Under the pieces are notes generated by a model that was not told where the DNA came from, searched no databases, and saw only the letters and a list, made by a program, of their open reading frames with translations. From a virus, in IMG/VR virus record IMGVR_UViG_3300045996_000464, positions 7,289-71,288 of that record: DNA of 64,000 bases; one strand, given 5' to 3'. The position numbers and the translations under genes were made by a program. Below are positions 1 through 10,400 of this stretch, one piece after another (within the stretch, counting starts at the first letter, position 1; each line of letters starts with the position of its first letter).

Positions 1-780
1 GTGCAGTGGTCTTACAACCTCATCACATCGCGCACTCCCACCTATGCTGGCGAAGTGGTGCAAGTGTTGTCCGTCGCTTTCGACAAGTTGTCTATCACAG
101 GTAAGTTCGGCAAAGAGGGATCGCACGGTGTGTACAAGTCAGAGGGCCGACTTCGTAAGCGAACGAGCGAAGAGTGGAATACCAATCTACCCTACGGCGT
201 AGGGTTAGTACAAATGACAGCGTGGTTCCGCGAGTACTTTGCGATTGCATCACAGGGCGTTGACTCTAAAGAGAACTACGACGAGCGACCAGTGACGGTC
301 AAGTACCAGGGTGCGATTCTCGATGTCCCCGTAGACTATGGCAAGAGCGAGCATCTCTGGAAGGTCTACCCTGTGTCCTTTCCTAGCTATCGACGGGCAC
401 ACAACAACTTCGCGCCCGAGTGGAAGGTAGAGTGCGAGGTTGCCGAGCCTGACGCAAGCATCGCTCATACTGAGCGAGACTCAGCGATTGAGAGACTTCA
501 GCGAGGCGCACGTTGGCAGCCGATGAATCCGTATAGTGACCCTCTAGCTCGATACCTACCCAATGACTTCAATGACATGAACGCAAATCAGCGCAAGCAG
601 CTATTGAAAATCGCGCAACAGGAATTGGCGAAGGATAGCCACAATGTCGTGGACTACTTCAACGACATGATTCCGTCACTCAACTCTGAAACGTTCCGTG
701 AGCTACTCGCACAGGGAGCCTCTGCGCCTGTCATCACTAAGGCTAAGACTGACAGCACCCACAAGCCGAGAGAGGATTAA
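1..780 (+). CDS. tail/baseplate-region structural protein (possibly 5'-truncated)
   Basis: Long ORF at window edge, co-oriented with the baseplate module. Confidence 0.55.
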   Translation: MQWSYNLITSRTPTYAGEVVQVLSVAFDKLSITGKFGKEGSHGVYKSEGRLRKRTSEEWNTNLPYGVGLVQMTAWFREYFAIASQGVDSKENYDERPVTVKYQGAILDVPVDYGKSEHLWKVYPVSFPSYRRAHNNFAPEWKVECEVAEPDASIAHTERDSAIERLQRGARWQPMNPYSDPLARYLPNDFNDMNANQRKQLLKIAQQELAKDSHNVVDYFNDMIPSLNSETFRELLAQGASAPVITKAKTDSTHKPRED

Positions 781-781
781 A

Positions 782-1372
782 TTGGCCAGTTCATCAAACG
801 GATTCCTAACCTACAAGATCGGCAATGAGGTTCGCTCATTCCCTCTGTGGGTTATGGAGTTTAGTCAGCCATTGATGTTAAGTGGGTCATCTGCGCAGAG
901 CAGGACGCGCAAGCATTTCTATCCACGTTCGCATGCCCCTGGCGATATCGCTGTCAAAGGACGTTGCGAAAGCCAACACCACTATCAGGAGCTAGCTCAT
1001 TTCATCCGCAAGCATCAACGAGAGATGGTTGACATGCCAGCAAGTGAGCGCTTTACACGCATCAATGTCAGCAACCCAGGCTATCATCGGCTGCTTCGCT
1101 TGTCAATCCCTCATGAACCTCTCTATGTTCGCGGTTGGGTTTCCAACTTCAGCATCAGCAAAAGGGGTGTACATGCGCCAGCGCCTGAATACAGCTTCAA
1201 TTTCTTTGTCGTCTTTGATCAGAGCGCACGCGATATCGGTATTTCCCATCGCATCCAGAAGTACTACAGCGCAGCCGACTCGCGCACAGGTGCAGCTATG
1301 GAACAAGACGAGCTAAGGGCCGCAACAGATCGAGCCAGAACAGCAGCAGGTAAGGGGTTCTCAGAACGATGA
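782..1372 (+). CDS. tail/baseplate-region protein
   Basis: ORF 698..1372; TTG at 782 follows the upstream stop with GAGG before it; overlaps start of the hub gene. Confidence 0.55.
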   Translation: MASSSNGFLTYKIGNEVRSFPLWVMEFSQPLMLSGSSAQSRTRKHFYPRSHAPGDIAVKGRCESQHHYQELAHFIRKHQREMVDMPASERFTRINVSNPGYHRLLRLSIPHEPLYVRGWVSNFSISKRGVHAPAPEYSFNFFVVFDQSARDIGISHRIQKYYSAADSRTGAAMEQDELRAATDRARTAAGKGFSER

Positions 1373-3885
1373 AGCGTTTAGTCTACGCACCAAGGGTTGA
1401 GGCACTGATCAGACTTGAGAGTCAGAACAGGCTGATCGATGTAACAGAAGACATCATCAGCGGCAGCGTTTCACGCAAACTCAACGCCATGTCTACCGCG
1501 CAGTTGCAGCTACAGAACAAGTACGGCAAGTACACGAGCCGCAACATCATCCAGCCGATGGATCGAATTGTCATTCGCATGTCTAGAATGGGCGAGCCGT
1601 TTCTCGTCTTCTCTGGCTTCATTGACGAGTCTCCCTATGACCAGCTTTATCCTGGCCCTGTCAATCTTGCTGCATCAGATACCATCAAGCTGCTTCAGCA
1701 CACCTACTTTGATCCGGGACTCTTTGCAGTTCAGGGATTCCTACAGAGCTTGGGTTGGACGTACAATCTCGCCAATGGTCAGTTGACCGACAACCAAAGT
1801 CAAGGCAGGGTGGGCAACCTAGACCACAAGGGCGGCGTGGGTGACGTGCTTAGGGAGTTCCTCGTAGAGATTGGTGGTTGGCCGCGCACGTCTATTGACA
1901 TCCACAATCTGCCGCCCAAGTTCATCTCCGACATCACCAATGTCATGAGTGCAGCAGCGCAAGAAGCAAGCGACCAGTGGGAAGAGAATTTCGATTTGCT
2001 TGAGCGCCTGTATGGTATTAGCATCGAGGCACCTAGCGCTGACGTAGCCACCCCAGGCACCACGAACCCTGGCAACGTGTCTCTCGTGGATACAGCCCGC
2101 GCAGCGATCAAGGCGGGCTTCAAGGGAGAGGATTTGGTTAAGATCGTTGCAGTCACCATCCGCGAGGGTGGCGGGCGTTCTAACGCTATGAGCTACAACG
2201 GGCAATCGATTGGCTCCTACGGCTCAGGACTCTGGCAGATCGACAGCCAGCATACACCGGGCGGTGGCGGCACAGGGCTTCCACAGCCACCAGGAGTTTC
2301 ACCAGGCGTCTTCCACACTCTTAAGATGCCGTCCGACTGGAATGCTGTCAAGGGTTCACTGCCATCGAACGTGCGTACATTCATGGAGAACTGTTTTGAT
2401 CCTGTCTTCTGCGCACAGCAAGCATACACGATCTATCAGTCCTCTGGTATCGGAGCGTGGTTTGGTTATGCCAATGTCACTGCCGATGACATGGCTGCTG
2501 CGACCAAGGCAATCAAGGATGTGCAATCAGGCTTCAGCGCCACGAGTCTGCTAGTTACAAGTCCCACCACAAGCACGGCCTCAACTGCTGTTGCTCGCCA
2601 GTCTACACAGAACACGGTAGCGACAAAGTTGCTTCAGGTGGCAACAGAAGAGCTTGGCAACATGGAGCAGACATCTAATTGGTCGCCACGCATCTCCGAA
2701 TACTTGCGCATCACAGGCATCGCTAGCCCTGCGGCATGGTGTGCAGCATTCGTTGCATGGTGCTTCAACCAGGCGGGCCGACCCATTCACACTGAAATTA
2801 GCGGCATTGCCGCAGTGGCGAGCATTCAGAATTATGCCGAGGCGCACGGATGGGTGGTGAATCAGCCTAAGCCAGGAGACATCATCACCTTCCGGGCCAA
2901 CGATGGCTACCCTTCTAACGACCACACAGGGATCGTCACGAGCGTTAGCAACGGTGTTGTTCACACGATTGAGGGAAATACCTCTAACGGTGTACGCCGA
3001 CGAACCTACTCACAGGGAGCAGGTGACCATACCTACATTAGGGTTCCCGGCACGGGTGATACGGCAGGCGATGGAGGTTATGCGGGTGGCACTGATGTGG
3101 CGACTGTAACACCTGAAAGCATCGCCAAGATCGCCAAGGCATCCATCTTCAGTCTACAGCTACAGAGCAGTGACCCAATCCTCTCTAATGTTCTCAAGGG
3201 GCGCAGAGCGCTTGCTAATGATGTGCCACTGATCGAGTGGGTGCAGACGCTCACTGAGTCTTCAGGACGAGTCTTCTGCACCAAGCCCAACGGCGACTTC
3301 CTCTCATTCCACCCTGACCGTTTTGGCTACTTCAACTCTCGCACGCCGTATTTCCAGATCGCTGATGTCGAAGTGGTGGACTTGAATATCACCAAGAACG
3401 ACAGAGAATTGACGACGCACGTTTTCACGACCGGCTCTATGAGCAACAGCATCGGTCAGATCAACATCATTGACCAGATTGGTTCCATGTATGCAACGGT
3501 CGAAGACCCAGCGTTCAAGTATTTCATCGGCGCAGACATTGACCCGATCAGCTTCCTTAAGCGCTATGGCGCTCGACCTATGCAGCATCCGCTACCGCTT
3601 GTAAACCATCCCATGCTCTTGTGGATGGCATCGTGGACGAAGTTTGCGGAGCAGTGGTCAATGCAGTACAGCAGTGCAGCACAGTTCACCTTCATGCCCG
3701 AGCTACTGCCAGGAGGACTCGTAGCAATTGGAGACAGGCTTCAGATGTTCATTGAAGAGGTTACACACAGTTTTGACCTTGGTGGTGGATTTACCTCCCA
3801 GGCAACACTATCGTCACCGGCCTCACTCAGTTCGAAGTACAGCGATCTACCTATAGCAGGACTACCAGCAAGGAGCAGCAGCTAA
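1369..3885 (+). CDS. baseplate hub / tail-associated lysin with lysozyme-like and CHAP amidase domains
   Basis: IREGGG...GLWQI...FDP lysozyme/transglycosylase-like motifs; AWCAAFVAWC...DHTGIV...TIEGNT CHAP motifs; position in the baseplate module. Confidence 0.8.
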   Translation: MKRLVYAPRVEALIRLESQNRLIDVTEDIISGSVSRKLNAMSTAQLQLQNKYGKYTSRNIIQPMDRIVIRMSRMGEPFLVFSGFIDESPYDQLYPGPVNLAASDTIKLLQHTYFDPGLFAVQGFLQSLGWTYNLANGQLTDNQSQGRVGNLDHKGGVGDVLREFLVEIGGWPRTSIDIHNLPPKFISDITNVMSAAAQEASDQWEENFDLLERLYGISIEAPSADVATPGTTNPGNVSLVDTARAAIKAGFKGEDLVKIVAVTIREGGGRSNAMSYNGQSIGSYGSGLWQIDSQHTPGGGGTGLPQPPGVSPGVFHTLKMPSDWNAVKGSLPSNVRTFMENCFDPVFCAQQAYTIYQSSGIGAWFGYANVTADDMAAATKAIKDVQSGFSATSLLVTSPTTSTASTAVARQSTQNTVATKLLQVATEELGNMEQTSNWSPRISEYLRITGIASPAAWCAAFVAWCFNQAGRPIHTEISGIAAVASIQNYAEAHGWVVNQPKPGDIITFRANDGYPSNDHTGIVTSVSNGVVHTIEGNTSNGVRRRTYSQGAGDHTYIRVPGTGDTAGDGGYAGGTDVATVTPESIAKIAKASIFSLQLQSSDPILSNVLKGRRALANDVPLIEWVQTLTESSGRVFCTKPNGDFLSFHPDRFGYFNSRTPYFQIADVEVVDLNITKNDRELTTHVFTTGSMSNSIGQINIIDQIGSMYATVEDPAFKYFIGADIDPISFLKRYGARPMQHPLPLVNHPMLLWMASWTKFAEQWSMQYSSAAQFTFMPELLPGGLVAIGDRLQMFIEEVTHSFDLGGGFTSQATLSSPASLSSKYSDLPIAGLPARSSS

Positions 3886-3886
3886 T

Positions 3887-4909
3887 ATGTTGGGCGAGAG
3901 ACAGTTCAATCGAGAAACAGAAGAGCGCGCTATTCGTATTGAAGAAGTCAACGTGATTGAACACTACATCGTTGGGCGCGATGAATGGAACACGCCCATT
4001 CGGCTGTCGTTCCATTTCGTAGATTCTGTCGTTTCAGTACCCCAAGTGGGAGAGACATGGACTGCGGTTCGCAAGGGTGCTAGTTGGTTTCTCAGTCGCA
4101 ACGGCAGTTCTGGCAACAACATCGAGGGGCTATCCCCTGGCGATAAGAAGCTTGCGGCAAGTGGCGACCTTTATCTTGAGGGCAACGAAGTCAAGATCAA
4201 CGGCGTTAATATTTCCGCTCCTAGTGGTGTCGAGAATGACGAGGTAGGCGTTTGGGCTGGTGGGCCTACTGGCGCTTTTGTTTATCAGAAACTCACCAAT
4301 GCTCAGGTCGATGCCGCCGCAGGTATTGAGAAGTCAAAGCTTGCATCATTGGGCATTGTTGATGGTGATGTCAGTGCCATTTCTGCATCCAAGATTACCA
4401 GCTTGGGCGCAACTCTAATATCCCAGGTTTCTGTTGACACCCCCGTGGCTAGTATTTCATTTAGTGTTCCCCAGACTTTCACGCACCTTAAGCTTGTGGG
4501 CACCCTAGAATCTTCTGCCGCCGCACCAATTTCAGCGAGCCTTCAATGCAATAACGACACTTCTGCTGTTTACCAGTGGCTCCGTCACTCTGTTTTCAGT
4601 GGCACGATTGATCAGGGTTGGGCCGCAGCGCAGGCTTCCATATTTCTTAATCATATTGGAGCATCCAGCGGCGGGCCGCACGCACACTCCATCGAAATAA
4701 CAATGCCTAACTATCGTCGCACAGGTCACGCAGCAAGAAACATATTTTCTCAATCGGGCGCAAGCTGGAACAATACATCAGGCAGCCATTCCAAAAATGA
4801 AACGCATGGAGTATGGTCAAATGCCGCCGCCGTAACCTCAATTACGCTATTCCCATCATCAGGCAACTTCACGACTAAAACCTCTATGTCTCTTCTAGGA
4901 TTACTGTAA
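3887..4909 (+). CDS. baseplate spike-like N-terminus fused to a fiber/receptor-binding-like C-terminus
   Basis: VPQVGETW motif resembles the gpV/gp5 OB-fold; C-terminal AAVTSITLFPSSGNF resembles fiber tips. Confidence 0.55.
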   Translation: MLGERQFNRETEERAIRIEEVNVIEHYIVGRDEWNTPIRLSFHFVDSVVSVPQVGETWTAVRKGASWFLSRNGSSGNNIEGLSPGDKKLAASGDLYLEGNEVKINGVNISAPSGVENDEVGVWAGGPTGAFVYQKLTNAQVDAAAGIEKSKLASLGIVDGDVSAISASKITSLGATLISQVSVDTPVASISFSVPQTFTHLKLVGTLESSAAAPISASLQCNNDTSAVYQWLRHSVFSGTIDQGWAAAQASIFLNHIGASSGGPHAHSIEITMPNYRRTGHAARNIFSQSGASWNNTSGSHSKNETHGVWSNAAAVTSITLFPSSGNFTTKTSMSLLGLL

Positions 4910-5187
4910 TGCAAAAGCTAATTGTAAACGCTGATGGAGAAGTCGAATACGTCGAGCTAACCGAAGAAGAAATGGCCGCACTGGTTGCGGAGCAAGAGGC
5001 AGAACAAGCCCGACAATTAGAGTCTACAGAACGTCGAAATCGCGCGAATGACATATTAACAACACTCGAACAAGCTGATGACAATTGGGGCACACTAACA
5101 AACGCACAGAAGGATGCAGTGCTGCGATTAACTGTACGAGCAGTTGCAAAAATGGGGCGTCGGATGATGCACATATTAGGAGAGTAG
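4909..5187 (+). CDS. putative tail fiber assembly chaperone
   Basis: Small acidic protein (VELTEEE) directly after the fiber-like gene. Confidence 0.45.
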   Translation: MQKLIVNADGEVEYVELTEEEMAALVAEQEAEQARQLESTERRNRANDILTTLEQADDNWGTLTNAQKDAVLRLTVRAVAKMGRRMMHILGE

Positions 5188-5188
5188 G

Positions 5189-5656
5189 ATGAGCAAATCA
5201 TTCAGAATTACGAATGGCGATCTTGAAGTCGGAGTCGGCCGTTCTTATCAACAAGTTACAGGGCAAGCCAAGCTTTTCCAGGATTTGAAGCTCTGGGTGC
5301 TTGAGAAGATTGGCACTGATCCTGCCACGCCTACCTATGGAAGTCGCCTGGACGGCGGCGTAATAGGTGGAGAGGAAATTCCCTCCTACATTGGCCAGAC
5401 AATTACCCAAGAAAGGATGGCTGATATCGCTGCTGAGGTTTCGGACTTGCTTGCCCTCTACCAGGAAGAGCAGTTGGCGAAGATGCAGCGCGAAGCAATC
5501 TTGTACCAAGGGGAACACACCTTAGCCCCTGAAGAAATCCTACACCGTGTGGACGATATTAGCACCGCCCAGGTTGGCACCACCATCCTTGTGCGGGTAG
5601 CTTGCACCACACTGGCAGGTAACTCCTTTCGACTAACTATTCCCGCGAGCATCTAG
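5189..5656 (+). CDS. baseplate wedge protein (gp25/W-like)
   Basis: PTYGSRL motif, size, position before baseplate J. Confidence 0.75.
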   Translation: MSKSFRITNGDLEVGVGRSYQQVTGQAKLFQDLKLWVLEKIGTDPATPTYGSRLDGGVIGGEEIPSYIGQTITQERMADIAAEVSDLLALYQEEQLAKMQREAILYQGEHTLAPEEILHRVDDISTAQVGTTILVRVACTTLAGNSFRLTIPASI

Positions 5657-5658
5657 AA

Positions 5659-7425
5659 ATGGCTAGAACATCAGAACAGATCAGTCAGCAAATCCGAGCA
5701 GGGCTTCGCGTCTTAGACCCAGACATCTCAACAGAGGCGCTAACACCTGAGCGCAAGATCATTGACACGGTAGCTGAGGTTATGGCCGAGGCGAGTGTCG
5801 ATGAGTATGTTCTTGACTACATCCACGACATCGACACGAAGGTTGGCGTAGACCTTGACAAGTTCATCGCACTCTTTGGTTTTGCTCGCCAAGGTGGCCG
5901 ACGCGCTACAGGAACCGTTACCTTCTCGCGCGCAGAAGCGGGAGACGTTGACATCTCTATCCCTGCGGGAACGCAAGTCATCAAGCCTGCAACGGCTGTC
6001 TCTCCTGCCGTCATTTTCCAGACGACAGCTTCTGTTACTCTCTATCGTGGCACTCTAGCTGTCGATGCGCCCGTGGAGTGCATGTCTGTTGGCGAGATTG
6101 GCAATCTTCCTGGTGCTAGCATTATCGCTGCGACGAGCGCACCGGGCATCTCAGCAGTCACGAACGCTGTAGCTACGACCGGAGGCACAGCCGAAGAGAC
6201 AGACGCAGAGCTTCGTGTTCGATTCAAGAATACGATCTTCCGCAACATTGCCGGTACCCAAGATCAGTACCTTGCGCTTGCTATCGCTTCACGGTTCACC
6301 AAGAAGGCAAATGTCATCGGGCCAGCCAGCCGCTTCCTTGAGTACTTACAGATCAGCGCAGGCGCAGCGACATCTGTGCTGCCGTACTCCAAATATACCT
6401 ATGACTTCGACTATTATCTCACAGATGGCAACATCACCGATGAGACGTTCTACAACCCAGCAGCCGATTACACGTTCAACGACACGGTGCCACCTAGCAT
6501 CACTGTTGTCAACGCTACAGCGCTACCCAACTCTAAGGTAGTTCTACTAGAGCATACCTACACTTCTGCAAACTCGCGTAACGACCCAGCAACAAACGTT
6601 CTCAATTATGTGGATGTATTTGTGAGTGGTGCTGATATCGTTTCAGCTACAGAGTCAGCGGTGTTCCCGTCTACAGCAAAGAACGTGGTCAACTCGGCAG
6701 GCAACGCTTATCACACAGGCAACTGGAAGCGCGCAAGCGGTGCGAACCCCACGGTTGGCAATCGCATCCAAGAGCTTCTGTGGCAGCCTGCCGCAGGACT
6801 TCCCGCATCTATTACGATTGGGCCTAGCACCTTCGTCCTCAATACGGATTACTGGCTCGTCACAGACGTGACCATCAACAAGGGCAGTCGCCGCGCTCGC
6901 AACGCTATCGAGTGGGACGCACAGGGCACACCATCCCCGGCTCTCCCAGCAGCAGCAACAGCCTTCCAGATCACCTACACCTTCGATAAGCTCCCGATGA
7001 CGCTTAACGAGCTAATGGAGTCGCACAAGCAGGTTACCACAGACGTTCTCGTCCACTCGGCCACCGAGCGTTACTTCAACGTCTATCTCACGATCATGTA
7101 CACACCTGGATTCTCTACTGTCTCAACCAACACCGCTGTTATCACGGCGCTCACAGCATTCCTAGAGCGCCTTGACTTCGGCGCAGTCATTCAGGTTAGC
7201 GACATCCTCGATGTCGTCCATGACGTTCCTGGTGTAGACAACGTGCGCCTTACCTCATCTACGGAAGCCCCGTCAGATTACGGCATCCAAGAGGTAGCAG
7301 CCGATGGTGTCACTGAGATTGGCGCAGCTAAGACCAACGACTTCGCTCTTCAGGATTCAGACCTTCCTGTCCTCAACAACGTCTTCTTCCTACCGAAGTC
7401 ACAGAACACTTGGAGCAGCCTATAA
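5659..7425 (+). CDS. baseplate J-like wedge protein
   Basis: RATGTVTF, IPAGT and GGTAEETDAELRVR motifs; C-terminal VPGVDNV. Confidence 0.88.
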   Translation: MARTSEQISQQIRAGLRVLDPDISTEALTPERKIIDTVAEVMAEASVDEYVLDYIHDIDTKVGVDLDKFIALFGFARQGGRRATGTVTFSRAEAGDVDISIPAGTQVIKPATAVSPAVIFQTTASVTLYRGTLAVDAPVECMSVGEIGNLPGASIIAATSAPGISAVTNAVATTGGTAEETDAELRVRFKNTIFRNIAGTQDQYLALAIASRFTKKANVIGPASRFLEYLQISAGAATSVLPYSKYTYDFDYYLTDGNITDETFYNPAADYTFNDTVPPSITVVNATALPNSKVVLLEHTYTSANSRNDPATNVLNYVDVFVSGADIVSATESAVFPSTAKNVVNSAGNAYHTGNWKRASGANPTVGNRIQELLWQPAAGLPASITIGPSTFVLNTDYWLVTDVTINKGSRRARNAIEWDAQGTPSPALPAAATAFQITYTFDKLPMTLNELMESHKQVTTDVLVHSATERYFNVYLTIMYTPGFSTVSTNTAVITALTAFLERLDFGAVIQVSDILDVVHDVPGVDNVRLTSSTEAPSDYGIQEVAADGVTEIGAAKTNDFALQDSDLPVLNNVFFLPKSQNTWSSL

Positions 7426-10400
7426 ATGGCAACCATTCAGGAACTACGCGCACAGGGGGCGTTGACCGCTGTCGCCACACCAATTCCTGAGCCTCTTAAC
7501 GCACCACCCAAGTTCAACGAGAGGTTAAAGCGCTTTGGTGACCACTACAATCTGTCAAACGATTCTCACCTGTTTCGTTTTCTTGTTGCCCTTTGTGGCG
7601 ACACAGGCGCAGGTTCACTTAAGCGCGAGCTACTGCTTCCACGGCTACAGGCACAGCTAGAGTCAACGCACTTCCTCAACCTAGATCGCATCTATGGTAG
7701 CGCGCTCTTGCTGCCTCGCCTAGATGCAGAGCTTTATGCCTACAACCCAGAGAATGACATCCTTCAGCAACAGCAGTGGGCAGAGGTCTACGCAAAGGAT
7801 GCATCCTATAGGGCGCGTTGTCTAACGTGGATGCGCGCGATCATCGCTGGTTCTACTCTTGAGGGCATGAGCCTTGCTGCCGAAGCCGCAATTGGCGTGG
7901 AGTGCGACATCTTTGAGCGCTACAAGTATATTGAGAATCAGACGGCAGAGAATGCGCTGGGCGGCGGTTCCACCCAGAACATCGGCAAGACAACGAGCCG
8001 CAATGAGTTCGTCATCGTACCTCGATCACTGACGGTTTCTGAGCAGGAGAAGCGCCGCATCATGCGCCTTGTAGATAAACTACGACCCGTTAACACACTC
8101 TGCACTGTAGTCGCAGGAGATGAGGTTCGTTCCGAGCGCAGCTTCCAGACGGTTGCTGCCTCTTCTGAGCGATTCTACGTCAAGCGTCTAGTCAGCGGCA
8201 ACACAGCCATTAGCTGGCCGGACGTGGATATCTCACAGGGCGTCTGGGTAGAGAGCGCAATAGAGAAGGAAGCTCCCACGTTTGCCTTCATGGATCGACA
8301 GGAGGCCGTTACATACCTTGACGTTAGCAGCGTCGAGGCATCCACAGAACATGTCGGCTACTTTAACAAGCATCAGCGCCAGCTATTCGGGCACCTTGCA
8401 GAGTCTCCTGATGAGACGTACTACTACTCGGCTGATCGATCCTATGCCCGTAACATTGCGCCAGTGAACCTAGCTACGGCTTGGACGCGAGGAACCGGCG
8501 AAGCTCCACACGATATGATCGTGGTCAACAACCACTATCCGATTGGTTACTTCGCAGACACAGACACAAGCGCGTTCATCCAACAGCCACAAGAGAACTT
8601 CTGGGCATCGGTTGAAGAGTACGCACCCGCCAGTGAGACTCTCGTCTTCGATTTCGGCCGAGTCCGCCCGATCAACTTCATAGACTTCGAAATTTGCCAC
8701 AAACCAGTAGATTTTATCATTGAATACGATGATGCTGGCGTCTGGAAGACCGTTGAGCCACGTGAGGGATTGCCAGTGTCAATGAGTGTAGATTATCACC
8801 CGTCTCTGGCTAACCCTTGGCACTACTTCGAAATCACATTCGACCTACTTCAAACCCAGAAGATTAGGCTAACGATGACACGGCGCGAACGTCGCTTCCC
8901 GCTTGAGACAAGCGAACTATTCCCGTGGAGTATTGAGTTACGCTCAGCGCGACTCATGTACGTCATCGGACGTGCTTCTGACTTTATCGAGGATGAGGGC
9001 CAGGACGTTCTTGGCAACACCTTCCGCACTGAGCTAGATGTTAAGCGCGCGACCGTCATCTCGGAGTTGACAGACGATGATGCGTCTCTCACTGTCAGCG
9101 GCACGCCGATTACTGATGCAGTGCGCACAGCAAGCTTGGCAGGCGACGGTCGTGAGCCTGAAGGCACCTACGGCATCTGGGAGGCGACCACCAATCTGCT
9201 CACCAATGGTGGCTTTGAAGCCAACGCAACAGGGTGGACAGGCACAAACGGCACAGTAGCTCGTGACAACGCAAGAGCGAAATTTGGCACCTACAGCGGG
9301 CGCTTAACGATTACTGCCAGTGGATCAGCTACTTCTATGTCAGCAACCGCTACTATCTCTGGTGCAACCGCAGCGCGCAAGTACTCAGGATCAGTTTGGG
9401 TCTATGCCGACAGTACGCAGACAGGTCGAGACTTCGTTATCATCTTGCGTGAAACAGGTGGCGCATCAGGCGCGGCCGAGTCGCAAAGCGTGAAGACTCT
9501 TGCGGCGGGATGGAACCTGTTGACTCATACGCGCACCATCGCACAGAACGACCGCACAGGTGTGCTGATGGCGGTTGGCCCATCGAGCAATGCGGGTAAC
9601 TTCGCTACTCAGCGCTACTGGATTGATGGCGCACAGATTGAAGAGCAGCCGCTGATTACTCCTTATGTAGACACAAGTGGCTCTACTCAGACGCGCACAG
9701 CAGCACGGGTGCAGCTTCCTCCGAGCCTATTAGACGAGACTCAGGGCTGGGTTGCGATGCGAGTCCGTCTTGGTTGGGACAGCACCACTGAACCGGGTGA
9801 CGCCTACTTCTTCGACTGGCGAGATGGAGGTTCTGAGGGCATCTGGGGATTCTACAACGCCACAGGCAACAGCTTGAGCATCTTTAGAGGCAATGGTTCT
9901 GGCTCAACTGTATCTACTGCCTTCACTCCCTCTACAGCAGAAACAACTTTCATCTTCAAGTGGAGTGCCACTCAGCTTGGCATGGCAGCTAATGGTTTGA
10001 ACTTCGTCACTGGCTCCAATACGTTGATCCCAGACTTGGCAGCGGCATTGATGGATATTGGTCAGACAGCAAACGCCAGCCATCTTGACGGCAACGTACT
10101 CTGGTTCGCTGCTGGAACGGGCGAGCTAACGAATGCCGACGCAACCACCATCTACGGCTATGGCTCTACCGCTCCTGAATACACAAGGGATTTGCCAGGG
10201 GCAGCACAAGTCTTGTGGGATGCGGAGTCTAACACCTATCAGTACAACACAGGAAAGCCTGATCCGCTCAACTATTGGTCAAGTAAGCCCAACCCATCCC
10301 GGCATGGAGTTGAGGCACTCTACTTCGACCTGAGGCAGGGCGAGATTACAGGCACGATGGAATACTTGAACACCCAGTTCATGGACGAGCTTAACGAGCG

